Both the position numbers and the translations under genes were made by a program. DNA of 64,000 nt from contig OZ316898.1 in NCBI GenBank assembly GCA_973895155.1, positions 14,600,330 through 14,664,329 on the forward strand, read 5' to 3'. The DNA comes from Marsupella aquatica (taxonomy: Eukaryota > Plantae > Marchantiophyta). Within the stretch, counting starts at the first letter, position 1. Each line of letters opens with the position of its first letter. Below the pieces are notes generated by a model that saw only the letters and a list, made by a program, of their open reading frames with translations, ran no database searches and was not told the DNA's origin. Positions 13,178 through 25,510 of this stretch are shown one piece after another.

Positions 13178-15949
13178 GTCGTCTAGTAAGTTCTCCCGGG
13201 AACCACTTGCAGACAACAATTATGTGGTTCTCGAGCCTTGGGGTAAGTTTCATCTTACTCCATACATGAGACGTTTCCGACAGAAGTGTACCAGCAAGCT
13301 ATCAAGTCGACGCACAGCCAAATGACGATCTTGAGAACCATTGGCCCTCTGCACTCTCCATTTCTCAGGTTGCTCTTGATCGATAGCTGCTCCAAACTTC
13401 AGTTCTTAGACGTCTCAGGTGCTAATCGGAGTCTCAGACTACTTGGAGGTCTCGAATCGATCCGTGTGCATAGAAAAAGGACTACCACTCCACCCATCGC
13501 GGATACCACAAGTCCGTTGACTTTTGGAAATGATGGAGAGAAACCTGTTCACAGTAAAATAGGAGATGAGCTTCAAGATACTAATGGAAGCTACTGTAGA
13601 ACAGTTCATCACCTGATCAAAAATAGATTCTGCTCGTCAACATAGATTTTGGGCGCGTCCTGGTGTAGAAGAGAGTTCAACTAGAACTTCCACAAATTTA
13701 CTGAAGAGAATGCTTACTCTAAAAATTCATATCCCTTTGACCATTGTGCCTACACTGTCCATGTCGACCCAGCTAGGGAATCTGACGATGAGCAAGATCG
13801 AGCGGAAAGAGGAAGTGATGTACATCGAGAGAAATTAACGACGGGCGCTGAGCATTCCAAGAGAGACGTAGTATATGAAGAAAACGTGCGCACTGCCGAC
13901 AAAGTTCAACACAAACACCGCCTAAAACATACTGTGCGCCGCTGGCGCTGGCGCTGGCTCGGTAAGCAGCGGGGAAAAGTGATATAAATGCTTGAAACAG
14001 TACACTTGAAGTGAGAATTTCATCGACCTAATTTCCTCCATAAAATCTCTGTCGATTAATGATAAACATCACATCAACAACTTTATAGAGACGGGTATAG
14101 AGAGAAAAGGAATGATATACGGTACCAGCTAAAGATGAGCCGGGGCTGTGCAGTCATTGGGAGAGCAGCACCTCCAACAACATCTATTAGTTCACCTCCG
14201 ATGGCCCAGCCACTCACAGCTGCTGATGCGTTGTTGTTGGAGACCTGCGTATCTGCTAAAAGCTTGACAAATAGGAAACTGAAGGGAGCAGACTGCACTA
14301 TTTTGGTACGAAACAATTGCGCAGCACTTGCACGGACATGTGATCTCTGAAAAGTACATGGAAGCTAGTTTTCGAACAATTTCTTGCTCCTGAAAACCTT
14401 CCAAGCTGATGGTCGGCGAGAAGGAATGAGATTGGAGGTCATCTACTGTAGAAGCGATCGAGGCCCCCTTCAACTTCTACATATGCTACTCACCGTCACG
14501 ACTCACTCAGCTGCTGTCTTCCACTGCTCAATCCTGATCACTTACTTTTGTTGGCTTCAGGAAACTACACCTCTCAACCCACTCGATGCGATTGTACGAG
14601 TTACTAGTTCTGAAATCAAGACCTAGCGAGAAAGGAGAGGAAAAGAAAAGAACTGACAGCAATAGCACACAAAAATCCCAGGGAGAATAAAGTAGTCCCT
14701 GTCGAGTGAAGACCAGAACGTATATATCTGATCACCACAGCCAAAGTTGTTCCCTTCGATCGAATGCGATCACCGGAGCTCGTCATGATTTTCTGCGGAG
14801 AAGCATCTGATCTATCAGCCAACCCACCAATACTTTCTTCTGCTCCTTTTGCACCAATGTATGATCTCCCATCCAGGTTCCTCACAGAAATCGATTCCTT
14901 GTTGGAATCAGCTGCCCTAATCAGCAGGCACTTTCATGGACTTCTGTCAATCCCAGTCTCCTTTTTAAACAGGCAGCAAGCGAAGGGCAACATCTCTCTT
15001 CTCATCAGTCAAATTCGAGTCAAATCCGGGACTCACTCCGACTCAAGTAAGGCTGCGAGCTCCAATGCAAGCGACGAGCTGGGGGAGCTCGGAAAACTCT
15101 CAACTAACGAATGACCCTCGAGGATTCTGTGAAGACGAAGATTTAATTATGTGGACAAACTTCAACAGCTATAGATGGCTTTTCCCCCCAATAGTATTAA
15201 ACTAATCATGAGGAGGAGACGAAGAGGAGCTGGATGGTGATGAATGTACCTTAAAGCAGTCAGAACGGACGAAGAAGACAATTTTATGTACTGACACTCA
15301 CCGGGCCCAGCTTCCTGAAAAGCCCACGAGACTCAGATCGGACGAGACGTAGGTAGAAATATGCCCCCTACGCAAACCAGCGTAGAGGCTAAGGATCCAA
15401 GTTTAAAAAAATGAAATGCATCAAAAGTAGAGAGGCTCTCGATCAGTGGGGCAATGAAAAACTGTGTTAAATCCCGTGATCAGTGGTACCACCTTCTATT
15501 GTACTTTCGGCCTATCAGCCTTTGAGTATCCTCTTTTATTATACTGTCAGCTTTTTGGAGTTGGACGAGCACAACAGCAGCGTGGTCTCAGGATTTTTGG
15601 CTGTGCAGGTACTATTCCGGAACTGTATGCCATTGACATTTGTCAATCTCTCTGGTTTTTCGGAATTTCTGTCAATAAATGTCGGAAGCAATCATACTCG
15701 GATTCGGCGTGCTGACAAAATTTCCGCGTTGGCAAACATCCATATAGAGTGCAATGACTACTGCGCTCCCGGGACTATGGGAGACCTACCTAGCACCGTG
15801 AACCCGGCAAAGCGGCAAACCACACCCAAATGTTGCGACCAAATCAACCCTGGCAAATCATATTGTCACCTCATGAACAACTGATTCAACTAGGAAAGGA
15901 CTCCCGGGTCATGCATGTCTCTAAGCCTCCCTACAGGTGATTCATATCA

Positions 15950-16147
15950 CACTACTTTTCTTTTTTTAGCCAAGGTGGTGAATATCACCTTGTATGAATG
16001 AGAAGATGCTAGAAATATTCTTCTATTAATTTACGACATTACGGATAACGTCAGATGTCACTGCTTTTCTGTTTTAGCCAGGGTTGGTGAATATCACTTT
16101 GTATGAAGGAGAAGAAACTAATAATATTCTTAAATTAATTTATGACT
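15950..16147. repeat. Diverged ~109-bp-period tandem duplication
   Basis: cact.cttttct.ttttagcca.gg.tggtgaatatcac.ttgtatgaa.gagaaga..cta..aatattctt..attaattta.gac at ~15950 and ~16059. Confidence 0.75.
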
Positions 16148-16854
16148 GTTATATGTCACATTGTTAAAGAGCAAAAAGTGTCAAAGGTTGTTGGCACTAA
16201 CATGTATAGGGAACTAGAGTGTCAAAGGTTGTTGGCAGCCCCAAGGAAAAAATTTCAAGGGCCCCTAGGACCATCAGCCTCAGCCCGTTGCTCTGGCTCC
16301 CTTGCCAAGCTCCAGGAACCCCATAGCACTCCACATCCTGGGGAGGAGGTTTCATGGCTGTAAAGTAAGCCCAGACCCTTGCATAATACTGAGTGTACAG
16401 TCCAGACTTCCAAAGGTTATTCATCCTAATACATGTCTATTTTGACTTATCCAAAAGAATTGAAATAATCATCATAAGAATTCATGTGAGGAGTTATTTT
16501 AATTTGACTATATGAAAAACAAGTATTCAAAGAATGATTATAAGAAATTTAATGAAAAAAACTGCACACCTTTGTAAAAGTGAGAGTTAGTATTACAATA
16601 CTGTATGACAAGTGCATTATTTTTCCAAGGCACTAGTCAATGTACCTGTATAGGTACAATACTTTATGATTCAAAGAGAAGGGGGTGAACTTTGTTCTTT
16701 TTTAATTTTATGCTCTATTTAATGGGGATCTCTATTTACATGACACCTGTTGATCAATAAACCATGAACAATGTAAGCTTTATAACCAATGGCATATACT
16801 ATGCACTCATCCAGAATACTAGTTCCTTGGTTGAAGGGTCCAACCTTGTCATGC

Positions 16855-17030
16855 AAGTAAGGAAATATGTCCCTCAAAATGATAAGTAAAAGATAGGGAA
16901 CCTGATAAAAACTAAGGAAATGAATAAATTAAAGGGGCTTCCTAAGTAAGGAAATATGTCCCTCAAAATTATAAGTAAAAGATAGGGAACCTAATAAAAA
17001 CTAAGGAAATGAAACAAATTAAAAGGGCTA
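16855..17030. repeat. ~89-bp tandem duplication
   Basis: aagtaaggaaatatgtccctcaaaat.ataagtaaaagatagggaacct.ataaaaactaaggaaatgaa..aaattaaa.gggct occurs twice. Confidence 0.85.
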
Positions 17031-17731
17031 CCAAAAATGACTAAATTCTAAATAGTACATAGCTAAAGCATGGACTAGGTCAGATTAACATAGAAATGAC
17101 TTGCAACCAATTTGAATGAGACAAGTTAGCCAAAGAGTGTCCCACCAGATAGCAGCCTCGAAGTGCAGATGAATACCATATCCCTCAAAACCAATGTTTT
17201 TCTTTATAAGGTACTAAAAAATGCAGATTCTATAAGGCACCCCAGCCATCACTAAACGACAAATATCTATTGTATTTCAATCTGCAAGTACAATGGACAA
17301 GGGACTAGTGCAAGGAGTAATTTCATGGCCTTGTCCAGTTGAATCATGCAGTACAAAAGCCCAGTGCAAGGGACTGTTCAATGTTCTGACAACACACTGT
17401 GGGGAAATGCATAAGGTATTTTCCGTGTAGTTACTGGGTACATATACTCTTAGCCAGCATTAAGCATAATGGCAAAACTTACTCTTTCATCTTTCATTTG
17501 CTCGAGTAATCACTAGACCCCTCAATAGGGGAAAGTTACAAATAATGGACTAAAACCACCAAATAAGGAGATGAATCGCTAATCAAATGGTTTGAATTAA
17601 ATCAAGGAGGTCTAATACACACTGGGCACTACACACTTACTACCCCAGGAGCGAAGTAGCCAACTCACCTCTTTCCAAAAATTGTAAATAGAAAGTCCTA
17701 ATGAGACCCAGAATGTGGGTATTTGATAAGG

Positions 17732-17948
17732 TGCACTGTACCATAGGAGTCAAAATTTCAAGGTACCTGTCTCCCCAAAGTCTCCCCAAACCCTAACCCA
17801 AACCCCACCCATGTTTTGTTGCAAGTTACTTGATGTTAATTGACTCAAGGCCATGAGTATATTTTGCCACAAATTTTTTTGGGCTTTTTCTGGTTTCTTT
17901 ACGGACCCCACTAGAGGTCCCTTCCAAAATTTGAGACTCCACAGTGCG
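17732..17948. mobile_element. Small non-autonomous DNA transposon/MITE remnant with CACTG-type ends
   Basis: Imperfect inverted ends cactgt..ggagtcaaaattt / aaaatttgagactccacagtg. The right end (reverse complement ..ttttggaagggacctctagtggggtccgtaaa) recurs at ~26216-26268. Confidence 0.45.
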
Positions 17949-18352
17949 CCATGTCATCATGATGCGCTGCAAACAGGTACGGATTGGTTTACAAAATAAA
18001 ATTACTTCACCATTCGTGTTTGTGGCAGAATTTTGGTAAAATTAAGGACGTCATGCCGTAAACCTTGATGTAAATGTTTCAAAAATAACAGTTTGATTTA
18101 CCCTGAGTTACCGACTGTTCAATTAGTAGTAGGCCCACCCTCCATTTTATTTACCCTGAGTAACCAACTGCCCACCCTCATTCTGAATTGTGGTTCAATT
18201 GAGTAAGTAAATCTCTCTCCGCAAGCTCTGCAACTTGATCATTGATGACAAAGTAATCAATGACGAGATAAAGCGCCTCTGTAACTTGAAAATTGTCTGG
18301 ACCGTTCGTTCTTCAAGAACAGAAAAGAACTTAGGAGAACAGAGATGGTCTT

Positions 18353-18454
18353 TGTGTCGTGACAATTTTCTCGACCTTCTGCTGCCTGTGTCGTGACAAT
18401 TTTCTCCACCTTTTGCTGCCTGTGTCATGACAATTTTCTCCACCTTCTGCTGCC
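18353..18454. repeat. ~33-bp minisatellite x3
   Basis: tgtgtc(g/a)tgacaattttctc(g/c)acctt(c/t)tgctgcc occurs three times in tandem. Confidence 0.85.
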
Positions 18455-19639
18455 ACTCGCTTTTTAAGAAGGAAGAAGTGGACAGGGTTCTCTGTAGGTT
18501 GACAATTCTCTTGACCTTGTGTTACAAATTGTCCATCTATACAGACTAGCTATCTCTATCTGCTCAAGTACGTACTTGATCTCCTTGACAATCAATTATT
18601 CGATATGCGTAGTTGTCGTGATCAAGTCAATCGCTTCAATCTTTGTAACTATGAAATCAAAACTATGTATGATGCATTGATCCCCCAAAGGTCTTGCTAG
18701 CCTTGCAACTCAGAGCCAAATCATGGCTTCCGTTAAATAGGGGATAGATCTCCTCTCCTAGCTAGACTCAATCCAGTCTGGCCACGAAAGACAAGATGTT
18801 ACTCCAATGGATCGGCCACTTTGAAAAATTGACGGCTCTCCAATGCCTATAGGTACTGTAATTCGCTGAATATAAACATCTGAGGATGACTGAAGACTGG
18901 ACGAATGGATTATTGACGACCAAAGTCTTGGCTGAAATAACTAAAATACAAGGATCAAAGACATTCATGAACAGATATTAGTAAGGACCTCAAGTAATTG
19001 TATGCGCGTTGGGTTGTGCCGGTGTGCTACAAAAAATTGATGAAACTGTATTGCATGTTGGTGAACCACGACATTGCATCCGTGACCTAAGGGTGCAGAA
19101 TGTCCAGTACCGAGTGGTGAAAACATTTCCATGGCTAAAAAGCTAGTATTTAGATTTAGGAGCTGCCCAAATGCCATAGATCGATGATCTACTTTCGGAG
19201 AAGATTGCTTCTCCTGATCGTTCCTTAGTGGAGGAGGTTCCTGATTGTTCCTGATCCCCCCAAATTTTGTCTGTGATTGCTACAATTGTTGATGTTGGGA
19301 CTCGTTTCTTGCTGCAGGGAGAAGGTGGACATTCCGGCATCGAAAGGTCCCATTACACTCCAGGGCACTGGCATGAGACTCATGAAAATCACATTCACTC
19401 TGGACAATAAGGAAGCTAACGGAACATTGGCCAGCTCATCAGTCAAAGTATCTAGTGACAGATAGGGGTCCACGAACTAATTTTGTTGTGATTGTGGTGG
19501 GGGTGGGGGGGGGGTGCGGAGGGGAGGGGAGCAAGGGATGATTTTTTTTTCCGATTGAGAACTATGGAAAGAGCTTGTCATAAGAGATCTCTTGAATTTG
19601 CAAGAATTGAGAAGATGAGCAGGTGTCGTGACTCCACAA

Positions 19640-20029
19640 TCGTTAGATTATAACGTATTTTATTTCCATAGCACTAGTTAGGCTTTAGCAGACTAGGTAG
19701 CACTCAACTCATTTGAGTTCCAGGTTCCCATAGATCATGGGATGGGGTATACCCAAGGGGTACCCAATGTGTGCTCACATTGGAGAGTTCGATCTTCTTT
19801 GTGTGTGCAGAGGCTGTAGAGGGTGAGAGAGATCAGCTCATAGTGGAGCTTGTGGAGCTTGGCTAAGTATGGCAGATATATGTGCTTGTTACATTTATAT
19901 TGATTCTTCTCTCACGGCCATGGACTTAGCTCAAATCGGGCGAACCAAAATACTCACTTTGTCAGTGCTGATTAATGGTGTATGCTGGTTCCTTTGCTGT
20001 CATGCTGTCCGATTAGATCCCCAATAACA
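19640..20029 (+). mobile_element. Possible degenerate solo LTR (copia-type)
   Basis: Contains catggacttagctcaaatcgggcgaacca, resembling the cgtggacgtagccaaccttgaggcgaacca motif of the copia LTR at 29 kb, and ends in ..ccaataaca. The left boundary and TSD are not resolved. Confidence 0.35.
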
Positions 20030-22999
20030 ATGAAGTGGACAGAGACATGCTATGCCTTTGCAAGTCAATCTTCTTGGTCAAAGTCAGATAGCAAACAATG
20101 CATGTTTTAATAACCTTACATCTAACTATCTATTTGCAATCAAAAGCTAATTGTCCGGGTAGGCAGTCTAGAGTGAAGCCTCTAGACCATGACTCGGGTG
20201 CATAGAAGTTAGGAGTGGGAGTGGAAAACAGATAGTGAGGGTGAGAGTGAGTCTCCTAAAATGGTTATGTACTCACCTCTATTTATGTTCAATCACCTCT
20301 ATGTATGTTGAAACTCTGGGTACTCAAGCTAGTATCATTTAAATAAGGCCAACATAGTGGCCAGCATATTGATGGGGCCATATACTCAACCCTCCAGGCA
20401 TTCTCTAAAGTCGCATTGTACCCTTATCATTACACGAACTATTTGGCAAGTGTTATAGAATCTCATCACCATGTTACATGCACTCTTTTCCACTTCTGTC
20501 CAAGACCAGTCCCTTATTTCAGCTCCTTGTCTGGATGTCCTTAGCCTTTACAAAGAATGTGCAGATGGACATTAGTACTTTTCCCAGACCAAAGTGAGTG
20601 GACCATTTTCAATCTGAAATTTAGTTCCAGGCCTATGATCAAAACAGGGGCCTGTATGGGGAATGCAAACAATGCATTCCAAGAGAGTGTACGGACTTTG
20701 GCCACAAAATGTCACCCTTCAACCTTTACAAATCAGGACCCACCTGCCATGTAGGCTCGGGCAAACCAGTCTAAAATGGCAGCCAGAAGTCTGCTACAAT
20801 CAAGCACAGCCAGCCACCTTAAGTAGGCTGGAATTGCATCTTGGTCTACAATTTAAGTCATCCATCGGCTCATTCTTGTAAAGCCCCCTTAGTTGCCTAC
20901 TCACCCTCAATCAGTGTCTAACCCCATTTTGCTATGTTAGGGACAGCTCTAATAGGGAGTCCCAAACAAGATCATTCCCTAAATGTTATGGGCGGGGTGA
21001 CTGACCCAAAAATTTGTGGTCCCCACAAAACGTGACCATCAACAACTTGGTGGGTCCGCACCAAAAATCACTCAGCGCAGTATGCATCAATGCCCTTCAA
21101 GAATTGTCTGTGCAAATCCATAAATCCCCAATGCCCAGCTGATCATGGGATCCTGTAAAATACATCACAATGGGAAACCATTTGGATTAAGTTTTTCCAG
21201 AAGTTGGGTTGTGGTGAAAATTCTTGGAGTGGCTAACTGAAAAAATAAAATGGAAACAGCAGCAATTGTGACATGGTGTGATACCTACTAGTGAATTAAA
21301 TCAAAACCCATATAACGTAGGGTGGGACTCGAGAGCCTTAACTCCTGAAGATGAGGGACCAAGTGTGTCAATGTCAGATCAAGCATACAAATCATAGTTG
21401 ATAGTTCTGCTTTTCCTGGGAGTGGAACATGGACAGTGTAATCGGTCGCTGCAGATGCTGCCGATGGACTAATTGTGGTGGAATCATTTATGTCTTGCGG
21501 CTGCAGACCGCAGCTTTGCCGTCCTCGAAGGGGAATTATGCACTATCCGAATTGATGAACTGAGCTATTTCCGACAATCCGACGGTTCAAGCCGTGAAAT
21601 CCAATCCTCTCTTGTCGGTTTTCCTCTGAAGAAATCAGACGTTAGCAATGCATCCAATTTCCGCTCAGCAAGGCCAATGAGTGTCTTTACTTCGCCGAGA
21701 TTGGCTCGTATGTCATCTTGTGAGCTCCAAACATTTGCTGGTTTTTCTTTTTGCCACCGCCTCAGTGAGGTCATTGCGATTGCGGAGCGAGAGAACTACA
21801 GTAATGTAGTGTACTACTGTAGGAAGCTAGGATAGAGTCAACCCCTCCTCCTCTCATTCAATCCGAACAAGATTTTTCCAACACCACACGCACACGCCAC
21901 TGGACTCTACAGTGCTCCCCATGCTCTCGACCAGAATGATGCTTTCAGGGGCCCAAACCGCACCCACAGAGAATTACGGTACCAGCTTTGTGACCACTCG
22001 ATAACCAAGAGAGAATCTGTTAACAATTGAACTGATTCTATTTGTCTGCCCATAACAGGAGATCTGGAACAGTTTTTTGTTATACCCTATTGTCATCCCG
22101 ATTTGTAATTAATAATCAAAATTTTGTGTCTGGACAAAAATTTTAAACTGTTTATGATTCTCAAGAATATTGTAACGTAAACTTCAGAAACAGTCTAAGG
22201 AAAGTGAAGCCCGGATGGCCACCATGTTGGACACAATGCTCGGGTGGACCACACTTTGGTGGTCCATGGGAGAACTTGATGAACTGTGAGTTTTTAAAAT
22301 TAGTTTTAGTTTTTCAATTGCAAGGAACTAGAGAAGGATGAGACATCAAAAAACGCTAGCCCTAAATGTTGCATATTAACACAATGAAAATTAATTTAAT
22401 AGAATTTATCACTCCACAATTCATGATGAATAACTCAAACAAAATGGCCAAAAGAATCATTGTCACTTTGGTGGTAGTGTAACTTATCTACTCCTAGAGC
22501 ACATCCTCAAAACTAAAAAATAATTGAATTTATGCTCTTCAAGTTATTACAACTAAACTAAAATTTGGGGAATTAAATGTGGTCCATGAGGATTTCAAAC
22601 TGCCATTGGTCCATGGAAGCATCATTTTCACAGTCTAAGTATTCTCAATTAAAATTTTCTTTAATTGAAAAATACAATGAGAAAAAATTGAAGAAATAAG
22701 TATTAATTAGCTCTGGTCCTGTGCAAGTGGGGTTACTGACATGTCGAGGGTAAATTACATGCCAGCACCCTCAAGAAAGGATGAGTAGAGTTGCGACCTT
22801 GATCTGCACTAGTAACAAAGATGTAAATGAGAGAATCCTCAGGCCAGGCTGGCAAGTGGGTTATGACCAATCTTGAAGGAGAGTATATAGAAAGAAGGAA
22901 GTCAGTATTATAGTTATGTGTCACCTTGCCAGCTGCTCTTGTAGAGAATCTGACAACATCACACAGGAGAAACTAGCAAGCTTGCACACATACACGAGA

Positions 23000-25510
23000 G
23001 ATATGCTTAGTAGACCCCTTTCTGGAAAAAGTTTGCTTAATCAACCCCCTTGATACTTTTCTCCAATCTGGACCGTTGATGGACCTTTTGATCTCAGATC
23101 TGGACCGTTGATAGACCTCAGGGGGTCGATCAAGTAACAAGTTTCATTTTGGGGGTCGATCAAGAAAATACGTCCACATCCACACAAGAAATATGTCGTT
23201 TGCCTTCATCTCGGCTATGTCCACAGGATCGAATGCAGGAGCTTTAGTAAGCTTTGGCCACCAATCATAGCCATATCAAGCCTCCAAATACAAGCTCCCC
23301 TAATATGCTAGGCACTATAGTCACATATAATCATCATTAAGACCCTAATGGTGATTAGTCTAAGATGTTAACCCAAGACTAGAGTTAACCCTAACAGCTC
23401 TTTGCAAGGTCAGGTTTTACCTAGAGATGTTGCTATCAAGACATTGCCCAGAGATGTCAACTGCAACTTTGTTGTCAAGACATTTAGAGGTTTGAAGTGT
23501 AGCTTGTCTGATTTCATCAAGATGCTAAAATCTTGTATAAAGCAGTGTTCGTGATCCCTCCATGATTTCACTTTTGCAAAAACGACACATCATGTGCAAT
23601 GAAGCACAAAGTCCTTTTATTAATTTGGAAAGATTTTCAGAAAACTTTGACAAAAAGCATTAAGGTCCTTGAAATCAAATTTTGAGACTTGTAAGAAAGA
23701 TCGGGTTTTTTTTTAATATTCCAAGTTAGAATATTAAAAATTAAAAGGGTAAAGAATATTTAAAGATCAAAATTTCTTAACTTTAAGGGTAATTGAGCCT
23801 TCAAAACTCTGCAGGTGATTGGGGGGGGGGGGGCATACAGTCATTTGAAGCACAGAATTGTCAGGCCCAATTTAGGCAGTTGTCCGTTATCTGCCTAGCT
23901 GAAATTGGCCAAATGCTGAAATTGATACTTGTCCAATGGATCCTATTGTTTGATCTTTGTACTCCATGGACCAACTCTTGTTCTTTATCCAAGTAAAACT
24001 AGCCCTGGTTACTCGTTCTTTGAACGTGAATAGTGTGGAGGACAATAAAAATGTCACCAAAATACATTCCTTACTCACATTTTTTGAAGGTTAATAAAAT
24101 GATTAAAAAAACCATCATGCATGTCATTATTTTATTAATTATACATATCATGCTCTTTTCTATGCACATATGTTATGGTGGGGCTATAGAGCTCATGTTT
24201 TAATATAAATAGAAATCATGACAAAAAGCATGTATGATTATTATTTGACATGCATCATAGTCACTTGCATACCAAGAACTAAGTTTGGAGTTGCGTATCA
24301 TTTAGGTTTTAGGTTATTGGGTTTAGGGAATGGCGAAGTACTTTTAACCTCACCTGAGTTGTATATGTGAACTATGCTAAAGGGTCACTCGGCACCCTGC
24401 AACCCTGAACCCTAAACCCTAAATACCCCTTCATATGGAGAGTTTCTATAACTTAATTGGTAATGTCCAAGCATGACTCATTGGTTATGGTTGATATGAC
24501 TACACTAAGCAACAACCAGGACTATAAAGTAGTAGCACAATCACATGAAAGGGAAACAACCAAAGAGTAAGTCATAACCAGGTCTTACATTACAAAACCA
24601 GCCACTAAAATTTTGCTGGGAGACCAAGTATGTATCTCTATATATGCAAATATTTGAATGTAGAAAAACCTCCACTTTTGAAGTAGTCTCAAAAAGTAGG
24701 CAGACTCTAAACACCACATCATCTCGCACATCATTCACAAATTGGGCATCCACTAATTCACAGAAAGAATACACTGCAAGAACTGAAAAGCATTTCAGGG
24801 TTGGGTTTTACCCAAAGAGTGCTAGTCAGAAGACTTTGTGGACATTGTCGGACTTTGTGGACATTGTCTTCTCACCACACTTAACATTTTTCCAGCCAGA
24901 GTATATTTTGCTTGCCCATGCCATTTGGGCGCCGGGGGTAAATGGCCGACACTGGTGGTTTCGGGAGACATTGTGGCCATTGACTTCTCCCCACACTTAG
25001 CATTTTCCAACCATCTGCACAACAGTACCTTGCTTTCCTCCGCAATCGAATCTGGCAGGTTTGTGCGCCTTTCATATGAAAGCCATGGAGTACTCGTCAC
25101 CGTTCTTGTGTGGATGAAAACGACGTAATGAGTGGATAACACGCGCAAAACACAGAACAATGTTTACAAAGTGAAGACATTCACATGAATGTCTTCAAAT
25201 CCGAATAGCCCTAATGTCGATGTACATGCGGGGCAAAAAGGACCGACATGTCTCCACAACATCACCTGCACTCAGTTCAAGCCCCGATAACAGGCACAGT
25301 TCACTGCCAAATATTTGCATGGTTAGTGGTTGAGGCATACAGTCACAATTTACCCAGTTTGCTGCTTCTAACCCAAAAACTCATCTTATAAGACATTTGG
25401 AAGAACAGTCAGTACGGATCATAAGAGGGGAAAGATTGGGGCAAAAACTTTTCCAGGGGGTTGATCAAGCAAACTATCTCTAGGAAGGGCACTATATATT
25501 AAGCAATCCC
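23000..25510. mobile_element. Putative Mutator-like element remnant bounded by diverged inverted repeats
   Basis: The left segment tgctta..gacccctttctggaaaaagtttgcttaatcaacccc (23005-23049) is the inverse of ggggttgatcaagcaaactatctctaggaagggcac..taagca (25457-25505). Related gggggtcgatcaag motifs lie at 23121-23164 and ~43760. Confidence 0.35.
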
